Shown here: positions 1-8,157 of the stretch, in pieces
Layout: the number at the start of each line of letters is the position of its first letter
How positions within the stretch are numbered: position 1 is the first letter of the stretch
DNA from: Craspedostauros australis
Taxonomy: Eukaryota
Reading direction: 5' to 3'
Assembly: GCA_030167865.1 (NCBI GenBank)
Contig: JALAGF010003801.1
Span: 45,652 to 65,651, forward strand
Length of the DNA: 20,000 nt
Position numbers and translations under genes: made by a program
Notes under the pieces: model-generated
The model's input: the letters and a program-made list of their open reading frames with translations, nothing else
What the model was told of the DNA's origin: nothing
Databases searched by the model: none

Positions 1-3
1 ACG

Positions 4-1920
4 ATGACGGCGCCCAACAAGCAGGGATCAGCCTGGGATTCCAAGGAGATCTCGCTGGATGCCGTGTCGAATATCATCCCCAATGGCAGCAGCGTATACA
101 TTGGGAGCTGCGGATCGAGCCCGGAGACCATATTGAAGGCAATGGTGGATGATTACAAGCTGGCGGACATCCAGATCGTCCAAGGACTGCCCGGCGGGAA
201 TCTGCCGCATCTCGACGAGAATGTGGACCGCTTCCGCACGAGTTCCTTCTTCTGCTTCACTCGGACCACGTACTTCAAACCAGAGTACGCGACAAGCACG
301 ACGAAAGAGGGACTCTCCGATTACACGCCGGTATCCTTCTCCGCAATACCTCGGCTGATCCGAGAAAACAAGCTGAGAGTGGACGTGGCCATCATCAAGG
401 TCACCAAGCCACACAAGGGCTTCGTCAGTTTGGGGATGGGCGTGGAATGCACGAAGGAGGCTCTGCACCATGCCAAGATCGTGATTGCGGAGGTCAACGA
501 TCATCTCCCATGGACCGAAGGCCCTTCGAAGATATCGATCGATCACATCCATCACTGGATCCGCAATGACACCCCGCTTCTCACCTCGTCCCAGCTATGG
601 CCTCAGTACTTCCACGCGAAGACGCATGACAAGTCCATTACGGACGCCCTTGGCAAGAACATCGTCAAAGAAATTCCGGACGGTGCTACCTTGAAATTCG
701 GCTGGAGCCCGACCGTTTTCTGCGCCTTCCCGTTCCTGCGCCTGCGCAAGGACCTGGGGCTGCACACGGACGTCTTGACAGAAACCTTATACCAGCTGCA
801 TCAGGAGGGTGTGATCAACAACTCGAAGAAGACGATCGATCAAGGCCGCTCCATCATCACGCAGGCGCACGGGAGCAAGGAGCTGTACGAATTCCTGGAT
901 CGCAACCCCGCCATCGAGGTCCATCCAGCCGTGTACGTCGACGACCCGCAGGTCATGGCAAAGATCGACAACTTGGTCGCCGTCGTCGGAGCGCTGAAGG
1001 TTGATCTCACGGGGCAGGTTGCGACGGATTCCATCGCCCACAAGTTCTACGGCGGCGTTTGGAGCGACGAAGACTCCATCCGCGGTTCGCGCTTCTCCAA
1101 GGGCGGCAAGTCCATCGTGGCATTGACATCCATGAGCCTGCATGGTCGGTCCAACATCGTCTTCGCACTACCGTCAGGAACCGGCGTGTCGATCACGCGA
1201 TCGGATGTCGAGCACGTGGTGACCGAGTACGGCAGCGCCTACCTGTACGGCAAGAGCATCCGCGAGAGGTGCCTCGAGCTCATCCAGATCGCGCATCCCG
1301 ATTTCAGACAGGGACTCCTGGAGGAGGCCAAGAAGCACCTATACGTGTCGCAGACCCAGCCAGGTTTCTTCTTCAACAGCAAGTACCCTGTCGAATTCGA
1401 GCAGATGCACCGCACCAGGAAAGGATCGCAGGTCTTCACTCGGCCCATCAAACCCGCCGATGAGGACATGCTGCGGCACTTCTTCCACCAGCTGTCGGAT
1501 CACAGCGTGTACCTGCGCTACTTTCGCAGGTTGAAATCCATGCCGCAGCGCATCCTGCAGAAGACAACCGATCTCGACTACTCCAAGGACATGGCCTTGG
1601 TGGTGTTGCACCCAGCCCAGGCAGATCATGAGCATCAGGAGATGATCGCGATCGGCCAATGGGTGCACGACGCGAAGGATGGCGTTCCAGAGATCGCATT
1701 CCAAGTGCGAGATGACTGGCAAGGCCAAGGTCTCGGAAAGTTCCTGTTCCTGCGACTGGTCCAAATGACGGACCTGTACGAGATCCCAAAATTCAAATCG
1801 GACGTCCTGGACGGAAACAAGGCCATGAAGTCCATCTTTGAAAACTCTGGCATCCCGTACGAGAAAAGATCCGACTTCGGCGTCGTGACGTACACCTTCG
1901 ATCTGACCGCCAACAAATGA
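4..1920 (+). CDS. Acetyl-CoA hydrolase / 4-hydroxybutyrate CoA-transferase-like protein fused to a C-terminal GNAT acetyltransferase (638 aa, intronless)
   Basis: The N-terminal ~450 aa carry family I CoA-transferase landmarks: GFVSLG, AKIVIAEVN, IPDGATL, DLGLHT, VDLTGQV, SKGGKSI and RSDVEHVVTEYG-A-L-GKSIRER-LI-IAHPDFR. From ~1384 there is a Pat/YfiQ-type GNAT (RPIKPADE, SVYLRYF, EIAFQVRDDWQGQGLG at 1717-1737, N-AM-IF). The start is at the window edge, so an upstream extension cannot be excluded. Confidence 0.9.
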   Translation: MTAPNKQGSAWDSKEISLDAVSNIIPNGSSVYIGSCGSSPETILKAMVDDYKLADIQIVQGLPGGNLPHLDENVDRFRTSSFFCFTRTTYFKPEYATSTTKEGLSDYTPVSFSAIPRLIRENKLRVDVAIIKVTKPHKGFVSLGMGVECTKEALHHAKIVIAEVNDHLPWTEGPSKISIDHIHHWIRNDTPLLTSSQLWPQYFHAKTHDKSITDALGKNIVKEIPDGATLKFGWSPTVFCAFPFLRLRKDLGLHTDVLTETLYQLHQEGVINNSKKTIDQGRSIITQAHGSKELYEFLDRNPAIEVHPAVYVDDPQVMAKIDNLVAVVGALKVDLTGQVATDSIAHKFYGGVWSDEDSIRGSRFSKGGKSIVALTSMSLHGRSNIVFALPSGTGVSITRSDVEHVVTEYGSAYLYGKSIRERCLELIQIAHPDFRQGLLEEAKKHLYVSQTQPGFFFNSKYPVEFEQMHRTRKGSQVFTRPIKPADEDMLRHFFHQLSDHSVYLRYFRRLKSMPQRILQKTTDLDYSKDMALVVLHPAQADHEHQEMIAIGQWVHDAKDGVPEIAFQVRDDWQGQGLGKFLFLRLVQMTDLYEIPKFKSDVLDGNKAMKSIFENSGIPYEKRSDFGVVTYTFDLTANK

Positions 1921-2264
1921 CATGAAACTGGAGCTGGAACTGAAACTGGAAGGTGAGGACAAAGAAGAGTGCGAAGCAAGAGGAAAAGGGATATGGAAGT
2001 CAGAGTGAGAGCGAGAGCGAGAGCGTAAGTGGCGGATTCGACTTGACACGTCATGGCGGATCTCGGATCTCACGATGTATCGATGGCGCTTCAGGCGGCC
2101 GACCATGCTGTCTTTCATTCCAGCCCAACCCACGCATGCTGGCCCATTCCATTCCGATTCTTTGCGCCATAGTTCATTACATGCCCATACATGTATTATA
2201 CGATAATGTAATAGATTATCCATCACAGTGCAAGTATTGCCTTGTACTCTATCTGAAGTAGTCT

Positions 2265-2285
2265 AGAGAGAGAGAGAGAGAGAGA
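2265..2285. repeat. (AG)10 dinucleotide microsatellite
   Basis: agagagagagagagagagaga read directly from the intergenic sequence. Confidence 0.95.
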
Positions 2286-2854
2286 CCATACAAGCAAGCT
2301 TCAAGTCCTCCAACTCTTCGAGGAGTCCGATTGCGGTTCCATTCCACGAGTTACTCCACTGGATCCCGCCCGCCAACATGTCGACATCAAAGTTCGCGCT
2401 GTTCTGCCTCACCAGGTGTTGGCTGGTGCACCAGTGGGACACCTTTGTGTTGTTTCGTCTTGTCCGCGTGCCCAGCGCTTCGTGTCGCATCATCTGAAGC
2501 GCGTTAATTGCGACGCCTCGAATCGCGCGTCAGTGAGATCTTCGAGTCACACAACACATACTTTTTGGGATAAAATTTGTCGTCACACTGCATGGGCGCA
2601 GGCGAAGGTTGGACGTCGCGTTTTGGGGAGGAGAGATGAGTGGAGAATCCCTTCATCCAGCAACCAGTCGCGAGTTACGAGCAAGGAGATGGACAGATCG
2701 CGCTCTTGGCCACGCCATGACACTGCACAGCAGCGAAACGCCTCCATTTGTCGACCAACCAGCACCGTTGGCTCATAATTTCACGAAAGGGATTGGAAGC
2801 AACCATCACCATCACCATCATCATCATCCAAAACGACTGACGGCACAGAGCGAA

Positions 2855-4774
2855 ATGATGGCCTGGAAGCAATGGCACTGTGGAGGAGAGGGGGCGTTCT
2901 TCTGCCACCCGACAAGGTTTCTGCGGACGCTGGTGGCGCTCATGCTGCTAATGCCGACCCTTGCTGCGACAGGAAGTGGTGGCGCCAAGCATCATGGTGA
3001 TGCGGTTCTGCAAGACGGCAATGTTGCCATGGACGGCAACAACTACGATCACCACATCGGCATCAGCGGACCGTTCGACCATCTCCGACCACGCAAACTG
3101 CAACAGGACACGCCCGACGATGTAACGTCGCTCATCCCAGACTTCCCAGCTTGCAACACATTGCTGCACACGCTCAGCAAGGCGCAGGTCGCGACGATGA
3201 TGACAGCACTGATCAACGGTCGGAGCAGGTTTTCGGATTTGGAAAAGTTCATTTTCAGAGCCCAATTTGTTACCAACATCAAGCACGGCGTTGAGATCCG
3301 TCGTGTTTGCGCGTCCTGCGACGACATTCCGCAGTTTGTGAAGTCAGCATCTGCGCAGGTCGCTGAGAGCGTCGAGTCTTTCTGCGGCGCCGATGTGTAC
3401 GGAAGCGACGTCCAGTACTCTGGATTGCTCGTGATCCCAATCGATGAAAACGCAAGCAACGACGCACCATCGCGCATTGTGAAGGGCCCGTTGCGGAGCT
3501 TCGTCTACTTCCACACCACCTCGCATTCGTTCAATGTGCCCAGCATTCGCGAAATCCGCAACACACTGGAGCCGGCCCCGACGTTTGGTTTCGATTTTGA
3601 AACGGGGCTCCAGCTGACCTTGGCTGCGCATGGCGCGGTGATGTTGGCACCAGACTTCATGGGGTACGCCGAGAGTTACGATAAGATCGTCAAGGGCTAC
3701 ATTCTGCGCAAATCTTACGAAACCTCCTCCATCCCGCTTTGGTTTAAGGCCAAGGAGATCGTGCGGGTGGAGACAATGTGCGAGTCCGAGATGGCCAACG
3801 TGGCTGCGGGTGTCGGATTCAGCGAGGGTGGCTACGCAGGCATCGTGGTTATGGAATTGCTTTCGAAGGTATTTGGCGTCGACGTCGTCCAGTACTACGC
3901 CGGCGGGGTCCCTGCCAAGCTCGGTTCTGCCGGCGTCTTGAGCATCATTCAAGCGGTGGTGGATGGCACGCTGGAGGAAGATCGTCGGTACAACTTGGCT
4001 TACCTCGGCGTCGCCTACTCTTCCACTCACACCGGCGCAAAGAACTACAACGTTGGGCAGGATTTCTTGGCAACACATGCCCGCGAAAATGTGACGAGGG
4101 CCGTGAATGAAAGCTACACCCTCGCATGGGTCAATGACGCCGTACCGCTTGGAGATGAGCTGTCGGTCTTCAATGATACCTTCACAAAGTTCGCCTTGGA
4201 CAACCTTGACGACGACAACTTCACACTGTGCCACAGCGACGACGCGGTGCTGCGAGAGGTGGGCGTGGAGTTGCTGTGCGATGCATTGAAAGACAACGAG
4301 CTGTTGGACACGATGGAGAATATCCAATTCCCACTCACGGTCTGCCAATCTCCGGATGACGAGATCGTCAGCATCGACAACTTGCCCGACTTCAGCAAGA
4401 ATGCAAACTTGACCAGGGTCGATGTCACAGGAAGGCACACGTCAGCGGGACTGCAATGCATTCTCAACGGTGCACAGTTCGCCGTGGACGAGGCCTTCCT
4501 CAACTATCCCATTCAGAGCGACATCCATCTGGACAACCTGAACTGCGATTCGCCCGCTCCATCCATGATCCCAAGCATGGCCCCCACTCCGTCGCCCACA
4601 TCAGCGCCGACGAATGCTACAGAAACGGGTGCGCCCACATCGGCGCCAACGAATGCTGCAGAAACGGGTGCGCCCACATCGGGTGGCACCCAGCTAGGCG
4701 CAGGCGCGTGGCTATTGGGTCGAACCGCCATGTTCGCAACTATCGTTGCTGCCCTGTGCTCTTCCTTCGTGTAA
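2855..4774 (+). CDS. Secreted lipase/esterase-like alpha/beta hydrolase (secretory-lipase-like), probably GPI-anchored; start uncertain (in-frame ATGs at 2636, 2717, 2855, 2858)
   Basis: Nucleophile elbow GFSEGG at 3815-3832. YFHTT and APDFMGY resemble the YxHGT and PDYxG motifs of secretory lipases. Candidate catalytic Asp in SPDDEIV and His in GRHTS. Hydrophobic signal-like segment RFLRTLVALMLLMPTLAA shortly after Met 2855. The Cys-containing N-domain is followed after the hydrolase by a P/T/S stalk and a hydrophobic C-terminal tail with no cytosolic extension. The track start at 2609 is TTG, unlikely in a eukaryote. Confidence 0.8.
   Translation: MMAWKQWHCGGEGAFFCHPTRFLRTLVALMLLMPTLAATGSGGAKHHGDAVLQDGNVAMDGNNYDHHIGISGPFDHLRPRKLQQDTPDDVTSLIPDFPACNTLLHTLSKAQVATMMTALINGRSRFSDLEKFIFRAQFVTNIKHGVEIRRVCASCDDIPQFVKSASAQVAESVESFCGADVYGSDVQYSGLLVIPIDENASNDAPSRIVKGPLRSFVYFHTTSHSFNVPSIREIRNTLEPAPTFGFDFETGLQLTLAAHGAVMLAPDFMGYAESYDKIVKGYILRKSYETSSIPLWFKAKEIVRVETMCESEMANVAAGVGFSEGGYAGIVVMELLSKVFGVDVVQYYAGGVPAKLGSAGVLSIIQAVVDGTLEEDRRYNLAYLGVAYSSTHTGAKNYNVGQDFLATHARENVTRAVNESYTLAWVNDAVPLGDELSVFNDTFTKFALDNLDDDNFTLCHSDDAVLREVGVELLCDALKDNELLDTMENIQFPLTVCQSPDDEIVSIDNLPDFSKNANLTRVDVTGRHTSAGLQCILNGAQFAVDEAFLNYPIQSDIHLDNLNCDSPAPSMIPSMAPTPSPTSAPTNATETGAPTSAPTNAAETGAPTSGGTQLGAGAWLLGRTAMFATIVAALCSSFV
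4595..4681 (+). repeat. 39-bp coding tandem repeat, ~2.2 copies (PTSAPTNA[T/A]ETGA)
   Basis: Units at 4595-4633 and 4634-4672 differ at 3 nt; partial third unit at 4673-4681. Confidence 0.9.
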
Positions 4775-5520
4775 GTGAAACTCTCGATAGAGGGGACGTC
4801 GCAAATTAAGACTGATAGTAGAGTGCGCCCACTTTCCCTTTGCCATTCCATGTGTTAAATGCATCCGTATTAGTTATTGTCTTTCAGAAGCAACGTGGAC
4901 GACGGATGAGAGCGGTGCTGAATGCCATTGGCAACGAGAGGGCAGAAAATGTAGCCAAACTGCTCCTACCCGTAGTCCATTCACAACTAGACATGGCATG
5001 GAATGGCTTGGGCTGCAAGCGGCTGCTCTACCACTATTGCCCCCAAAATAGGTATATATGTCGGGAATCACAGATGCTATGAAACCGCATGAAGAACAGC
5101 AGCATGTCAGTAGCACACCACATGAAGAGAATTGTACGAGTGGAACAACGAATGTAAAGTATGAATACAGGAAATTATGTGACAATGTGGAAATCCTGGT
5201 CTCATAATTCGCCATCGAGAACAACAACACAACAAAATAAAAAGCACAAGTCGTGTGAAACAAGGACACTCTGAATTTACGCCAAGTGGATTTCTTAACA
5301 TCCACTTTTTGATTGTTAATGTCATCGCAGGCCTCTTGTGCGGCAATGCGTGTGTTTATAAAGTATCAGCATACCACGTTCGTTTGGTATGATTGCAGAA
5401 CGGATAGAGTAGAGTAGAGTCGTATGTAGGTACATCTTGTACGTGCGTCTGCAGAGCGCAAGCAAGCCCGTGGCACTTGCACAGTACCACGGATACATGC
5501 CAGCCAGAAACACCTCCGAT

Positions 5521-8157
5521 TCAGTCATCGAGTTCGTAATCCTCCGGTTCCATCGCGGCCTTCGTCTCTTCGTAGTAATTCCACATGACGTCCATGAGCT
5601 CGGTCTTCTTGACTTCACGCCACTGATCCAAACTCTTGCCATCGATCGAGACGAAGTACCGGCGTCCCTTCAGTTGTATCTTGATGCCGCGGTACACCCT
5701 TGGATCATACTCCTGTTCGCCTTGAATTAACAGGACGTTGCGAACTGCCTGAAGGAACGTGATTGTGCCTGGATGGTCTTCATCCTCGAAGCAGACGTCC
5801 GTGGACTTGGGTACTTCGCTGCCGCGCACTCGGATGCTCGAATGTGATCGCGTGCTGTGCTGGGTGTGGTGCAATGAACCATCCATGGCTTCTGTCGTGT
5901 CGGTGGCAGAGGAGTCGAGCGTCTTCCTCTTTGGCTTTTTCTTCGCCTTCTTCTTTGGCTTGTCAATGTTGTGATTGCTGCCGCTGACGTTGCTGCTGCT
6001 GCTCTCCGTGCTTTTGGTGCTCCTGCTGGACTTCGAGGATCGGTTGCCCTCGTGGATGTAGTCATCCAGCTCATCGATTTCGAAGCTCTTACTCGAGGAC
6101 GCGACGGTGGATGCGAAAGAATCGACCGAGTTGAGACCGGACGACCATGACGAGTCGTCATAGTCGACAGCACCATTACCGTGACGCCGCGTCTGGCTGT
6201 GACCTGATTGCTTCTCGGCAACCGCCTTCTTGGATGCCTTCATTGATTTCGCCGACTTCTTGGACGTCTTCTGCGTCCCAACCGAAGAGCTCGCCGTGCT
6301 GAGATTCGATGTCGTGCTGCCGCGCTTTGCTTTCAACTTGGTGGCAGAGGATGATTGCGCCGCGATTGGGTAGTCAAACTCATGATCGCTATCCTCGGCG
6401 AATTCCGCATCTGTACCATCGACGTCGCTGCTCGTATCATAGTCATCGAAATGCGAGGGCGGCGGTGCCAGTGGAATTGTTGTTGCGACGTTTTGTTTTT
6501 TGGTTTTCTTGGACTTTGGTTTCTCCAGCGGAACAGCGCTGTCCTTGCTCTTCTTTGACAACTTTCCCATCTCCGGAGAAGCAGCTGCAGTAACACCCTT
6601 CTTCTTTTTCTTCTTCGATGTCGGGGTACCCTCGGCAACTTCCGTTGCTGCGGCTGCCTTCTTCTTCTTCTTCGCCTTTGGCGTCTTCTGCTTGGCCGTC
6701 GCCGCCGATTTGTCCTTCTTCTTGGACTTCTTGACGCGCGTGAGAACGCCCGCAGCCTCGTTGTGGCGCGTGATGCTGCTGCTATCCGAATGGTGAGATG
6801 ATTCTTCAAGAATGATCTCCTGAGGTGGGATGTGCATGCGTCCCGAAGAACGATCGCTCGTGGTCGTGCTGGAGCCAAAGCTGGCGGAGTGCTGGGGTGG
6901 GTGACGATGCGTCGAAGATGCGTAGGGGTTGCGGTGCATTTCGGGTGGAGCATAGGGTCCATTTGCATGGGAGGAGAGAGACATTTGATGGCGCCGTCCG
7001 GGCGTGGATGGGCCGTGTCTGCTGGTGCTGAGCGAGCTGTGCATGGAAGACGACAAGGATGGTCCACCCATCCTCCTCGTCGAATGCTGTCCGTGTGATG
7101 ACATGGATAGGCCCGCTCGCTTGGCGTGCGGGTTTGGTCGCCGCTGCGGCGGCTGTCGCTGCCAGTGCATGGCCATTTGCTGCGATTGCAAGGAAGAGAG
7201 CGGTTCGTCTAGCCCCTTCGGGTAGACGGCATAACGATTGCTGTCCGGCGGTTGCGGCTGTCTGTTCATGCTCTGGCTGTGCCTGGCGTTGCTGTGCATG
7301 GACTGCGACAGACCCATATCAGGTCCTTTCATGCTCTTGTTGATCGGCTTGGACATCATCGTGGGCGGTTGCTTCGATCCGTGCATGGATGCAGACAGAC
7401 CTCTTCCAGAACCTGCGGCAGGTCTGCTGCTTGGAATTCGCTGAAACCCGTACGTGCCGGCGGTGGAATGTTGCATCGGTGGCTGTTTCGATCCATGCAG
7501 AGATGACGAGAGACCCATCGCTCGCATGGACTTTGGCGCGGCGGATTTGCGTGGACCTGGTGCCTGGTGGAACTCCACACGCCTGGATCCCTGGGCCTGC
7601 ACGTTTCTGCTTGAACGTGCCTTTTGCATCTGCCATTTTCTGCCTGCTGTTGGTGACGCAGACGCATGCCTGCCATGCGAGTCTGGCGCTCCTGTCATGG
7701 GGACGCTGTTGTGGAATCGATTCTGTGGATGCGGATGCTGATATTGTTGCTGATAGTGTTGCTGTTGTTGATGGTATTGCTGATGGTGTTGCTGTTGCTG
7801 ACGGTGTTGCTGACCATGGTACCCAGCGTGCTCACCAACGTCTCCGCCTTCGCCGAAGCTGCCGAAGCTGATGAAGCTGTCGTTGAGCCGGTACTGATCT
7901 TCCATGTCGAACATCACATCGAGAGGGACCGCCATCTGCTGCTGCGTCTGCATCTGCGGCTGAACCTTGCCCTTGTTCTTGTTCTTGTTCTTGCCCTTGC
8001 CCTTGGTCTTCTTCTTGTCTTTGTCATTCTTCTTGGTCTTGGCCTTGACCTTCTTGCCGCTCTTGGAAACGAAGGGGCTCTTGAGGTTGATCGGCAGCGC
8101 CATGCCCTGGCTGGGCCGGTTCACCTTCTTGCCGCTGCCAAAGAGCTTGCTGGGCAT
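5521..8157 (-). CDS. 878-aa largely disordered hypothetical protein (K-rich, Q/H-rich and S-rich tracts) with a C-terminal DUF6824-like domain
   Basis: Uninterrupted 2.6-kb ORF with ATG in good context (cagcaccATG). The body is low complexity. The last ~95 aa look globular: PKSTDVCF..HPGT..F..AV...GRRYF...WREV. Confidence 0.8.
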   Translation of the reverse strand: MPSKLFGSGKKVNRPSQGMALPINLKSPFVSKSGKKVKAKTKKNDKDKKKTKGKGKNKNKNKGKVQPQMQTQQQMAVPLDVMFDMEDQYRLNDSFISFGSFGEGGDVGEHAGYHGQQHRQQQQHHQQYHQQQQHYQQQYQHPHPQNRFHNSVPMTGAPDSHGRHASASPTAGRKWQMQKARSSRNVQAQGSRRVEFHQAPGPRKSAAPKSMRAMGLSSSLHGSKQPPMQHSTAGTYGFQRIPSSRPAAGSGRGLSASMHGSKQPPTMMSKPINKSMKGPDMGLSQSMHSNARHSQSMNRQPQPPDSNRYAVYPKGLDEPLSSLQSQQMAMHWQRQPPQRRPNPHAKRAGLSMSSHGQHSTRRMGGPSLSSSMHSSLSTSRHGPSTPGRRHQMSLSSHANGPYAPPEMHRNPYASSTHRHPPQHSASFGSSTTTSDRSSGRMHIPPQEIILEESSHHSDSSSITRHNEAAGVLTRVKKSKKKDKSAATAKQKTPKAKKKKKAAAATEVAEGTPTSKKKKKKGVTAAASPEMGKLSKKSKDSAVPLEKPKSKKTKKQNVATTIPLAPPPSHFDDYDTSSDVDGTDAEFAEDSDHEFDYPIAAQSSSATKLKAKRGSTTSNLSTASSSVGTQKTSKKSAKSMKASKKAVAEKQSGHSQTRRHGNGAVDYDDSSWSSGLNSVDSFASTVASSSKSFEIDELDDYIHEGNRSSKSSRSTKSTESSSSNVSGSNHNIDKPKKKAKKKPKRKTLDSSATDTTEAMDGSLHHTQHSTRSHSSIRVRGSEVPKSTDVCFEDEDHPGTITFLQAVRNVLLIQGEQEYDPRVYRGIKIQLKGRRYFVSIDGKSLDQWREVKKTELMDVMWNYYEETKAAMEPEDYELDD

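Noticed and set aside
1925-2025. Degenerate hexamer repeats (AACTGG/AGCTGG, GAGAGC) just after the stop of gene 1
   Set aside because: Simple-sequence slippage in a probable 3'UTR; no structure beyond that.
28-2226. Antisense and alternate-frame ORFs over gene 1 (e.g. 1339..2226 -, 295 aa; 28..555 -)
   Set aside because: Shadow ORFs of a GC3-rich coding strand; no motifs.
2263-2493. 76-aa minus-strand ORF ending in the AG microsatellite
   Set aside because: Short, runs into the repeat, and has no recognisable family.
3344-4438. 364-aa minus-strand ORF
   Set aside because: Antisense shadow of the hydrolase gene, which carries the real motifs.
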